In this document: piece after piece, positions 54,251 to 62,042 of the stretch
Numbering within the stretch: the first letter of the stretch is position 1
Layout of the letters: each line of letters starts with the position of its first letter
NCBI GenBank assembly: GCA_036386835.1
Contig: DASVUX010000028.1
Location: 66,095-130,094, forward strand
Origin: Bacteroidia bacterium
GTDB taxonomy: Bacteria > Bacteroidota > Bacteroidia > 2-12-FULL-35-15
DNA length: 64,000 nt
Direction of reading: 5' to 3'
Translations under genes and position numbers: made by a program
The notes under the pieces: model-generated
Told to the model about the DNA's origin: nothing
Database searches by the model: none
What the model saw: only the letters and a program-made list of their open reading frames with translations

Positions 54251-56551
54251 ATGAAAATGAAACAAATACTATTCTCCGTTTTAATGCTTGCAGGTTATGC
54301 TGCGGGGGCACAGGTAAGCGATACGGACACAATTACAAAACTGATCGACCTCAATGAAGTGGTATTTTCAGTAAGCAGAACAGAAGAAAAGAAAGCTGAA
54401 GTCCCTTTCAGCATGACTATAATAGACAAAAAAACCATCGAGCTTGAAAATCCGCAAACATCGGCAGACATGCTTGCAAATACGGGCCAGATAATGGTTC
54501 AGAAAAGCCAGGCAGGCGGTGGAAGCCCTATCATTAGAGGATTCGAAGCAAGTCGCGTCCTCCTTGTTATTGACGGGGTAAGAATGAACAATGCTATTTA
54601 CCGTGCAGGGCATTTACAGGATGCTATAACGATAGACAATGCTATGCTTGACCGGACTGAGATCATTTTTGGCCCTTCATCGGTTATGTACGGTAGCGAT
54701 GCGCTTGGTGGCGTGATGCATTTTTATACCAAAAAACCATTGCTTGGTGAAGAAGGCAAGATGAAACTGAAGGTAAATGCTGCATTGCGCTATGCCAGTG
54801 CGAACCAGGAAAAGACAGGACATGTGGATTTTAACCTGGGCTTCAAAAAATTTGCTTCTTTAACGAGCATAACTTACAGCGATTTCGAGGACCTGCGGAC
54901 GGGGAATGGCCGTAACCCGAATCCAGACTTCGGGAAAAACTACTATTATGTGGGGAGGAACTGGAATGGAACTGCTGACAGCACTATAAGAAATACGAAC
55001 CCCAATATTCAGAAAAAGACGGGATATTCCCAGGTGGATATCCTTCAGAAATTACTCTTTAAGGTAAATGAAAATGTTGAGCTTGGCCTTAACCTCCAAT
55101 ATTCAACATCCAGCAACATTCACCGCTACGATCGGTTAACAGAAGCAGGAAGCGGTGGCAACCTTAAATTTGCAGAATGGTATTATGGTCCTCAAAACCG
55201 CTTGATGGCCTCTCTGTATTCGAATATAAGGTCAGAAGGAAAGCTTTTTAATAATCTCCGGATCACCGCAGCTTACCAATTAATCACCCAGGAAAGGACC
55301 AATAGAAGATTCAGCACCAATTACCTGAACCCGAACAGCAATAACAACAAACTGGTTTCTCAGTTTGAGGAGGTTGGTGTGATGTCATTGAATGCCGATT
55401 TCGTAAAATTTATAAAAGAAAAGCATAAACTAAGCTACGGTTTTGAGTTTGTAAACAATATCGTGAATTCAACGGCTACATCCAAGCATATTCAAACCGG
55501 AGAAAATTTCACACCGGTTGCAACCCGTTATCCTAACGGGGGAAGCTCGATGATGAATATCGCAGCTTATCTCACCCATAGCTGGAAGATCAATGAAAAG
55601 CTGATCCTCAGCGATGGCCTGCGCTATACTTATAATTCATTATCAGCAAAATTTGATACGGCAAAAACTGCATCTCCATTTCAATTCCCGTTCACTTCTG
55701 TAAAGCAAACCAACAGCGCGTTGAACGGGAACCTGGGGCTGATCATTATTCCTGAAAAGAATGTACGGTTCAGCATTCTTGGCTCTACAGGGTTCCGGGC
55801 GCCTAATGTTGATGACATGGCAAAAGTATTTGAATCCACAGGAAGCGTGATCATCGTTCCAAATGAAAAATTAAAAGCTGAGTATGCTTATAATATTGAG
55901 GTATCCCTGGCCACTACTATAATGAACGGCAAAGTGAAACTGGAAGGCGGATATTTCTATACATTACTTCAGAATGCTATTGTTGTAAAAGAAAGCCGGT
56001 TTAATGGTGCGGATTCTGTTATGTTTAACGGTAACCTAAGCCAGGTGCGCAGTCCTCAGAATGTGAACAACGCTTACATTCAGGGAGCCTGGGGAGCCAT
56101 TTATGCTGATTTTACAGAAAATGTCTCTTTCAAATCCACCCTCAACTACACGCTGGGTGAATATCACCAGAAGCTGCCTCCAACAACAGCTGATCCATCG
56201 CATGATACCATTATCCCGCTGGACCATATCGCGCCAATGTTCGGACAGACATCTCTTTTCTTCCGGTATAAGAAATTCGAATCTGAAGTATATGCAAGGT
56301 ACAGCGCTCCTAAACTCTCAAAAGATTACAGCAGGGGAACAGAAGATAATGAACAGTATTCAGCAGATCCGGTAAACGGGTATATGCCGGGATGGAGTAC
56401 TCTGAACATCAAGACTGCTTATTATATCACAAAAAGTTTCAGTGTAAATCTTGGCATAGAAAATCTGTTTGACAGGCATTACCGCGTTTTTGCTTCCGGA
56501 GTCAGCTCACCCGGCAGGAACATAATTTTTGCAATAAGGGCAAAGTTCTAA
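54251..56551 (+). CDS. TonB-dependent outer-membrane receptor
   Basis: Signal peptide. Plug domain 'GGGSPIIRGFEASRVLLVIDGVRMNNAIYRAGHLQD'. 22-strand barrel length and terminal aromatic residue. Confidence 0.9.
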   Translation: MKMKQILFSVLMLAGYAAGAQVSDTDTITKLIDLNEVVFSVSRTEEKKAEVPFSMTIIDKKTIELENPQTSADMLANTGQIMVQKSQAGGGSPIIRGFEASRVLLVIDGVRMNNAIYRAGHLQDAITIDNAMLDRTEIIFGPSSVMYGSDALGGVMHFYTKKPLLGEEGKMKLKVNAALRYASANQEKTGHVDFNLGFKKFASLTSITYSDFEDLRTGNGRNPNPDFGKNYYYVGRNWNGTADSTIRNTNPNIQKKTGYSQVDILQKLLFKVNENVELGLNLQYSTSSNIHRYDRLTEAGSGGNLKFAEWYYGPQNRLMASLYSNIRSEGKLFNNLRITAAYQLITQERTNRRFSTNYLNPNSNNNKLVSQFEEVGVMSLNADFVKFIKEKHKLSYGFEFVNNIVNSTATSKHIQTGENFTPVATRYPNGGSSMMNIAAYLTHSWKINEKLILSDGLRYTYNSLSAKFDTAKTASPFQFPFTSVKQTNSALNGNLGLIIIPEKNVRFSILGSTGFRAPNVDDMAKVFESTGSVIIVPNEKLKAEYAYNIEVSLATTIMNGKVKLEGGYFYTLLQNAIVVKESRFNGADSVMFNGNLSQVRSPQNVNNAYIQGAWGAIYADFTENVSFKSTLNYTLGEYHQKLPPTTADPSHDTIIPLDHIAPMFGQTSLFFRYKKFESEVYARYSAPKLSKDYSRGTEDNEQYSADPVNGYMPGWSTLNIKTAYYITKSFSVNLGIENLFDRHYRVFASGVSSPGRNIIFAIRAKF

Positions 56552-56561
56552 TACTTATGTA

Positions 56562-56597
56562 AAAAGGTCTCCAGTGGTTTGCGGGAGACCTTTTTTG
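56562..56597 (+). terminator. Intrinsic terminator after the TonB-dependent receptor
   Basis: Stem aggtctcc/ggagacct (56565-56572 / 56584-56591) followed by TTTTTT. Confidence 0.6.
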
Positions 56598-56675
56598 TTA
56601 AATTATCCCCATTTAGAACAAAAATTGTTTTTGAATCAGATTTTCTTTACTTTTGAAAAGCAATTATATTCAATA

Positions 56676-56927
56676 ATGAAAAAACTGGCCAGGATATTTT
56701 TCTTCTTACTGTTCGCATTTATTGCTGACAGCGCCTTTGCGGCCCCTATCAAAGGGAAAGATACAGATTCCGCAGCCAGCCTGAAAAGCAATATTGCAAT
56801 CTTCAAAATGATCACCTCACCTGCTGCTCCTTCCACTGCAGGTAAAAGCCTTAAAAAAGCAGGAAGTGTAGCGCGCACTGCCGGTTCACATTCTACCCTT
56901 ACGGTTAAGCCGGTACCTGAAGGTTAA
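56676..56927 (+). CDS. Small secreted hypothetical protein
   Basis: Signal peptide 'MKKLARIFFFLLFAFIADSAFAA'. The longer ORF from 56574 overlaps the terminator, so the internal Met at 56676 is preferred. Confidence 0.35.
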   Translation: MKKLARIFFFLLFAFIADSAFAAPIKGKDTDSAASLKSNIAIFKMITSPAAPSTAGKSLKKAGSVARTAGSHSTLTVKPVPEG

Positions 56928-57008
56928 TTCTATCATCATATTCTGTTAAAGTTTCATTAATCTGCTTTATATAATATTGCAGCATATTAATTTAACAATA
57001 CAGAACAC

Positions 57009-57203
57009 ATGAAGGATACAGTTATCCATCTTAAGAACGGAAAGAAGAAACACGGATTTTTAATTGATACTATAACGGCACCGGATAATTACCTGTTCAT
57101 ACCGTATGAGTCTGCTGCCTGTTTTTCTGAAACACAGAATACTGCATGCATTGAAGTTGTGCCGGGAGTTTTGATAGAAGCAATAGAAACAGATTTAAAA
57201 TAA
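57009..57203 (+). CDS. Small hypothetical protein (64 aa)
   Basis: ORF only. Weak call. Confidence 0.25.
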   Translation: MKDTVIHLKNGKKKHGFLIDTITAPDNYLFIPYESAACFSETQNTACIEVVPGVLIEAIETDLK

Positions 57204-57977
57204 TCAGAAGCCTCTTTGCTTCTTGATGTTCTCATACGCTTCCTGCACTTTCTGAAACTTTTCTTTCGCAGCGTGCTGAACCTCATCACCTAATGCAGCA
57301 ACTTTATCGGGATGGAATTTAACCGCCATCTTCCGGTAAGCCTTCTTCACATCCTCATCAGTTGCAGAAGATTCTATTTCAAGAATTTTATAATCGCTCC
57401 CCGGATCACGGAAATACATCGCTTTCAGCGAGTTGAAATCAGCCGTATTTACTCCCAGGTAATTGGAAATGGAAGCAATTGTTTCGAGCTCGGAAGGATG
57501 TACATGTCCGTCGGCTTTGGAAATACCAAAGAGGTAGTGAACAAGCTGGAGCCGTTCAGGATGCGGCATGTATTGCTTGATCTGGAGACATACATCCCTG
57601 AGTGGGATTTCCTGCTTCAGAATCTCTTTTAACATCTGGATTTGGGCCTGGGCATGTTGTTCGCCAAACTGGCGCACCAGGAATGTTTTAACATAATCCA
57701 GCTCACTCTTTAATGTCCGGCCGTCACTTTTCATAACCGCTGCAGAAAGCACCAGGAGGCTTGCCGCAAAGTCACCCGCATGCGGGGCCATCCGTGAACC
57801 TGTATATCTTCCTTCCTGGCCGGTGGTTGTTTGCACCGTAACACTTGCCGCATCGAACATTGATCCTAACGCGAAACCCAGCACTCCGCCAAGAGGGCCC
57901 CCAAGAGCCCAGCCTAATCCACTGCCAACCCACTTGCCAAATTTGATCTTAACCATAATATGTATATAAGGCGACAA
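57204..57977 (-). CDS. DjlA-like co-chaperone: N-terminal Gly-zipper TM, TerB-like middle domain, C-terminal J-domain
   Basis: 'GSGLGWALGGPLGGVLGFALGSMF' TM. TerB-like 'VMKSDGRTLKSELDYV'. J-domain with 'KKAYRKMAVKFHPDK'. Confidence 0.75.
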   Translation of the reverse strand: MSPYIHIMVKIKFGKWVGSGLGWALGGPLGGVLGFALGSMFDAASVTVQTTTGQEGRYTGSRMAPHAGDFAASLLVLSAAVMKSDGRTLKSELDYVKTFLVRQFGEQHAQAQIQMLKEILKQEIPLRDVCLQIKQYMPHPERLQLVHYLFGISKADGHVHPSELETIASISNYLGVNTADFNSLKAMYFRDPGSDYKILEIESSATDEDVKKAYRKMAVKFHPDKVAALGDEVQHAAKEKFQKVQEAYENIKKQRGF

Positions 57978-58052
57978 ATGTAAGGCTTTTTCAAAGCTGC
58001 ATTTTCATTTCGTGCAAATTAAGTAGCTTTGAAAACAATCAAAATCACTTAA

Positions 58053-58463
58053 ATGAAAACAGATCTTTATACAAAAAGCGTATTGACAGCTATCGCAGCT
58101 GCATTGTTCCTGCTGGTATTTCAAAACATGAACTTATTTAATGAAGCTAATGCAGGTCCTTCCTTTAATAAACAGGGCAATGGGGATTTTGGAGTTATTC
58201 CTTTAAATCCTGACGGTTCTATAACCGTGCGGATGAGCAGTGACATGGATGTTAATATCCGGAGCATCGGGGGCAGTACGGTATATGGCGCGCTTCCAGT
58301 TAACCTTAAGGAAATCAGCGGAAGCTCTTTTTATGGTGCTTTGCCGGTAAACCTGAAAGAGATGAGCGGATCAGCGATTAATAATTCCGGGATCCCAGTG
58401 AATATTGAATCAGTTGACGGTCTCAGTATTTATAGTGCCGTCCCGGTGAAAGAACTGAAATAG
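58053..58463 (+). CDS. Small membrane-anchored protein with internal '(S/G)xYGALPVNLKE(I/M)SGS' repeats
   Basis: N-terminal TM. Two near-identical 18-aa repeats and a third degenerate copy. Confidence 0.45.
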   Translation: MKTDLYTKSVLTAIAAALFLLVFQNMNLFNEANAGPSFNKQGNGDFGVIPLNPDGSITVRMSSDMDVNIRSIGGSTVYGALPVNLKEISGSSFYGALPVNLKEMSGSAINNSGIPVNIESVDGLSIYSAVPVKELK

Positions 58464-58596
58464 GAATACAAGAGAATTAATTTATCTGAAAATCAGATCC
58501 TTATAAATTTTTTAAAAGAAAAAGTAGGATTTGAGGATGGCCGTTATAAATTAATTTCCTTAATATTGCAGCACTAACTAACTAAAACCCAAAAAA

Positions 58597-58803
58597 ATGA
58601 AAAAAGTATTATTCCTGGCAGCTGTGATGGTTGCTTCTTTAGCTTCTTGTAAAAAAGATTACACTTGTGTTTGCAAAGACAGCGGACAGACATTTGCAAC
58701 TTACACAATCAAAACTACAAAGAAAAAATCTAAAGATACGTGTAAAGATAACGAAGCTGCTTGGAAAGCATATTCTTCTACAGTAACTTGCGAGATCCAA
58801 TAA
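58597..58803 (+). CDS. Small Cys-patterned lipoprotein, paralog 1 of 4
   Basis: 'MKKVLFLAAVMVASLASCKKDYTCVC...TCEIQ'. Lipobox LASC and conserved CxC...C...TC(E/D)(L/I)(K/Q) pattern. Confidence 0.6.
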   Translation: MKKVLFLAAVMVASLASCKKDYTCVCKDSGQTFATYTIKTTKKKSKDTCKDNEAAWKAYSSTVTCEIQ

Positions 58804-58822
58804 TCTTTCAAATAATTTATAA

Positions 58823-58857
58823 AGACGTCCTGCAGCAATGCGGGACGTTTTTTTTTA
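58823..58857 (+). terminator. Intrinsic terminator after lipoprotein paralog 1
   Basis: Stem acgtcc/ggacgt plus a 10-nt T-run. Confidence 0.6.
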
Positions 58858-59019
58858 TGCTATTCACTATTATTAGGAATACCAATGTAAGCTGTACTTA
58901 TAAAATCCTGTAAATTAACAGATTAATTTAAAAAAAAGTAAAAAAACTTACTAATTTGTATGGCCGTATGGGATAAATCACTAATATTGCCACACAAACC
59001 AATAAAAACTCATATCCAA

Positions 59020-59253
59020 ATGAAAAAAGTATTATTTATGGCAGCTGTCCTGGTTGCTACTTTAGCTTCTTGTAAAAAAGACTATACTTGTACCTGCACA
59101 ACAACAACAACATCTTCAGGTGGTACATTTGTAGGTGATCCGGAAGTAACAACTTATCCTAAATCAAAAAAAGGCGCTGCACGTTCACATTGCTTAAGCT
59201 ACACTACTACAGGTACTGGCTACACATCAACTACTGATTGTGATTTGAAATAA
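59020..59253 (+). CDS. Small Cys-patterned Thr-rich lipoprotein, paralog 2 of 4
   Basis: 'MKKVLFMAAVLVATLASCKKDYTCTCTTTTT...TDCDLK'. Start placed at the 'MKKV' Met, not the upstream in-frame Met at 58960. Confidence 0.6.
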   Translation: MKKVLFMAAVLVATLASCKKDYTCTCTTTTTSSGGTFVGDPEVTTYPKSKKGAARSHCLSYTTTGTGYTSTTDCDLK

Positions 59254-59287
59254 TACTAACCAAGATTTTATCATAAAAAAAAGAAAC

Positions 59288-59674
59288 ATGAAAAAAGTAA
59301 TATTATTTGCAGCAGTTCTATCTGCTTTCTCATTTGCATCTTGCAAAAAAGACCGTTCTTGTACTTGTACTGCCAGCACTACTATCGCACAATCCTGGAC
59401 AACTACAAAAGATTATACCAACTCATCGATAGCAAACTCAACTGAAACAGGGTCTTCATCAACAGGTGGTTCTGGTTCTGGTATCATCGTATTTAACGAT
59501 GCTAAGAAAAAAGATGCTAAAAAAGCATGTATCTCTTCTAAAGAAGAAGATGTAGAAACAGACGAGTCTAACAGTTTTGGTTATTCTACCATTAATGGTA
59601 ACATGGAGTATTACACTTCAACAACTGTAACTACAACTACAACTACAAGTGAAAACACTTGTGATCTGAAATAA
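59288..59674 (+). CDS. Small Cys-patterned Thr/Ser-rich lipoprotein, paralog 3 of 4 (expanded middle)
   Basis: 'MKKVILFAAVLSAFSFASCKKDRSCTCT...NTCDLK'. Confidence 0.6.
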   Translation: MKKVILFAAVLSAFSFASCKKDRSCTCTASTTIAQSWTTTKDYTNSSIANSTETGSSSTGGSGSGIIVFNDAKKKDAKKACISSKEEDVETDESNSFGYSTINGNMEYYTSTTVTTTTTTSENTCDLK

Positions 59675-59709
59675 TTAAGTCCGTAATAATCTTATAAAAA
59701 AGACAAAAC

Positions 59710-59922
59710 ATGAAAAAAGTAATATTTATCGCTATCGTTGCTGTTGCATCTTTAGCTTCTTGCAAAAAAGACAGAGTTTGTACTTGTACATCTACAGGAT
59801 CTTCAACTGCATCAGTTAAGACTTATACTAAAGCTAAGAAATCTGACGCTAGAGCAGCTTGTTTAAGCACAACTCAAACCAGCACTTATGGTTCTTACGT
59901 TCAAACTTGCGAGTTGAAATAA
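59710..59922 (+). CDS. Small Cys-patterned lipoprotein, paralog 4 of 4
   Basis: 'MKKVIFIAIVAVASLASCKKDRVCTCT...TCELK'. Confidence 0.6.
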   Translation: MKKVIFIAIVAVASLASCKKDRVCTCTSTGSSTASVKTYTKAKKSDARAACLSTTQTSTYGSYVQTCELK

Positions 59923-59940
59923 TCTGATTTTAATTAATAA

Positions 59941-59974
59941 GAAAGCCCCTCGAATTGAGGGGCTTTCTTATTTT
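59941..59974. terminator. Strong bidirectional intrinsic terminator between the lipoprotein array and the convergent TPM gene
   Basis: Perfect 11-bp stem gaaagcccctc/gaggggctttc with a 5-nt loop, T-rich on both sides. Confidence 0.75.
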
Positions 59975-59990
59975 ATATACTTTCACAGGA

Positions 59991-60770
59991 TTACCATTTT
60001 CCGCTGGAACCGCCTCCGCCAAAACCACCGCCTCCGAATCCGCCAAAACCACCGCCCCCGAAACCTCCACCTGAACCTCCACCAAAACCACCCCGGCCTC
60101 CGAGCATTGAACCTAATAAGAATCCGGAACCCATGCTCAATCCTCCACGGCCGCCCCGGCCACCACGCTTAATACTTATAATTATAAATACTATTGCGAT
60201 CAGCAGCCAGAAAGCCATTTGTCCTTTGCTCCGCTTACCCTGCTTCTTCTGACCATACTGATCAGAATTATATTCACCTTTGGCAAGCGCCATCAGTACA
60301 TCAGTTCCTTTATCAAGCGCTTTAAAATTTTCTCCGTTCTTAAGATAAGGGTTCATTTCTTCCTCCCTGATCCTTTTTGTTGTAAGGTCTGGAATCGCAC
60401 CTTCCAGGCCGTAGCCTACCTGGATCGCAAGATCACGGCCGCTGATATTAACCAAGACTACAACCCCGTTATCAAACTTTCCCTGTCCAACTCCCCATTT
60501 ATGGCCCAGCTGCGTAGCATAATCCCAGGGTTCCATTCCGCCTATGTCATCAACGATCACAACCGCGATCTGGTTTGAAGTTTCATTCGCGAAAGCCGAG
60601 AGTTTTTGTTCGAGCTGCTGCTTTTCCCCTGAACTCAAAAATCCTGAGGAAGAAAGATCATTCACCAGCCTTGGAGGTGAAGGCCTTTCAGGGATACTCC
60701 CGCTTTGTGCAACCAGTGCAACTGCAGAAGTCAGCAGTAAAGCAATTATTGAAAAATATTTTTTAAACAT
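59991..60770 (-). CDS. TPM-domain (YgcG/TLP18.3-like) protein with TM and a Gly-rich C-terminal tail
   Basis: Signal peptide, TPM phosphatase-like domain ('IAVVIVDDIGGMEPWDYATQL'), TM, then '(GGFGG)n'. Confidence 0.8.
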   Translation of the reverse strand: MFKKYFSIIALLLTSAVALVAQSGSIPERPSPPRLVNDLSSSGFLSSGEKQQLEQKLSAFANETSNQIAVVIVDDIGGMEPWDYATQLGHKWGVGQGKFDNGVVVLVNISGRDLAIQVGYGLEGAIPDLTTKRIREEEMNPYLKNGENFKALDKGTDVLMALAKGEYNSDQYGQKKQGKRSKGQMAFWLLIAIVFIIISIKRGGRGGRGGLSMGSGFLLGSMLGGRGGFGGGSGGGFGGGGFGGFGGGGFGGGGSSGKW

Positions 60771-60797
60771 TTGTGGTTGTTAAGAAGTGAAAGCTGT

Positions 60798-61235
60798 TTA
60801 TTTATCGTACGTGACCTCATTGCTTAATTCATTAGCATCGTCCGAAGCCAGGGGAAAATGCGCCTTTAACTTTTCACCTGCCATCTGGATACCCTTGTTC
60901 AGCCCTTCTGTGAATTGTCCCTGCTTGAAATAACCCAGCATGGTTTCCTTAATATTATCCCAGAAACCAGGCTCTACTTTTTCATTGATCCCTTTATCCC
61001 CGATAATGGCAAACAGCTGGTCACTTACGGCAAGGTAAAAAAGCACACCATTACTAAGCTTGGTCTGATCCATCTTTAGTTCTTTAAACTTCATGGCAGC
61101 CTGAAAGAGAACATCTTCCTTGCATTTGTCATCAATATGCACCCGGATCTCCCCGGAGGTATCCAATTCCGCTGCCGCGATGGCATCCTGGATTGATTGC
61201 TGCTGTTCTTTAGTAAAAAAATTTCGTGCACTCAT
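60798..61235 (-). CDS. TPM-domain protein (small cytosolic/periplasmic partner)
   Basis: 'FTKEQQQSIQDAIAAAELDTSGEIRVHID' is the TPM N-terminal pattern. Confidence 0.7.
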   Translation of the reverse strand: MSARNFFTKEQQQSIQDAIAAAELDTSGEIRVHIDDKCKEDVLFQAAMKFKELKMDQTKLSNGVLFYLAVSDQLFAIIGDKGINEKVEPGFWDNIKETMLGYFKQGQFTEGLNKGIQMAGEKLKAHFPLASDDANELSNEVTYDK

Positions 61236-61270
61236 GTTTTTAAGGTGTAGATGTATAGCTTATGATTAAA

Positions 61271-61309
61271 GAAAAAATAAAAGCTCCGGGAGCATTAAGG
61301 TCCCGGAGC
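61271..61309 (-). terminator. Hairpin with T-runs between lemA and the downstream TPM gene (terminator or attenuator)
   Basis: Perfect 9-bp stem gctccggga/tcccggagc (61283-61291 / 61301-61309), with U-runs on both strands. Confidence 0.55.
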
Positions 61310-61315
61310 CTTCCT

Positions 61316-61927
61316 TTATTTTTTCTCTTTCTCCCTCATGCTTTGAATGTCAGGTGCGGTTTCAGCGCCTTCCTGTGATTCAAAATATCCCCTTCTTTCA
61401 AAGTTGAACATTCCTGCCCAAAGGTTTTTAGGGAACCTGCGGATATACGTGTTAAACTCCTGGGCTACTTCATTGAACCTTCTGCGTTCTGTAGCGATCC
61501 GGTTCTCCATGCCTTCATACTGGGCCTGGAAATCCCTGAAAGCACCTACTGCCTGGAGCTGAGGATAATTTTCTGCCACTGCCATTAACCTTCCCAGGGA
61601 AGAACCAAAAGCATTCTGGGCTTTCTCAAATTCCGCAATCTTCTCGGGTGTGAGGTTATCCGAATTGATCTGGATGCTTGTCGCTTTGCTGCGGGCTTCC
61701 ATTACCTCTTTTAAGGTTTCCCTTTCAAAATCAGCAGCACTCTGAACAATAGCAAATAAGTTTTTTGTCTTGTCCATCCTTGCCTGGTAAGCAACTTCCA
61801 CCTGCTGCCATTGACCTGTTACTCCCTCATCCATGGTTGCCATTGTATTATACGTACTGCATCCATTCATTCCAAATAGCAGGAGAGCTCCTACTACAAC
61901 TAAAAGAATAATTGTTCCTTTTTTCAT
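61316..61927 (-). CDS. lemA: LemA-family protein
   Basis: N-terminal TM then 'QWQQVEVAYQARMDKTKNLFAIVQ...' LemA pattern. Start placed at 'MKKGTIILL'. Confidence 0.85.
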   Translation of the reverse strand: MKKGTIILLVVVGALLLFGMNGCSTYNTMATMDEGVTGQWQQVEVAYQARMDKTKNLFAIVQSAADFERETLKEVMEARSKATSIQINSDNLTPEKIAEFEKAQNAFGSSLGRLMAVAENYPQLQAVGAFRDFQAQYEGMENRIATERRRFNEVAQEFNTYIRRFPKNLWAGMFNFERRGYFESQEGAETAPDIQSMREKEKK

Positions 61928-62042
61928 TTGTTTATGTTTGTTTAAGTTAAAGTACGCCTTTTTGGTCAAAGCATATACCACATACAACAGGCTGACACCC
62001 TGACGAATTTTGACATACTTTTCAGCAGGTGATCAAAGATGG

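Noticed and set aside
59994-60110. 15-bp periodic DNA repeat at the 3' end of the TPM gene
   Set aside because: It is fully explained as coding for the (GGFGG)n tail. It is not a separate non-coding repeat or CRISPR-like element.
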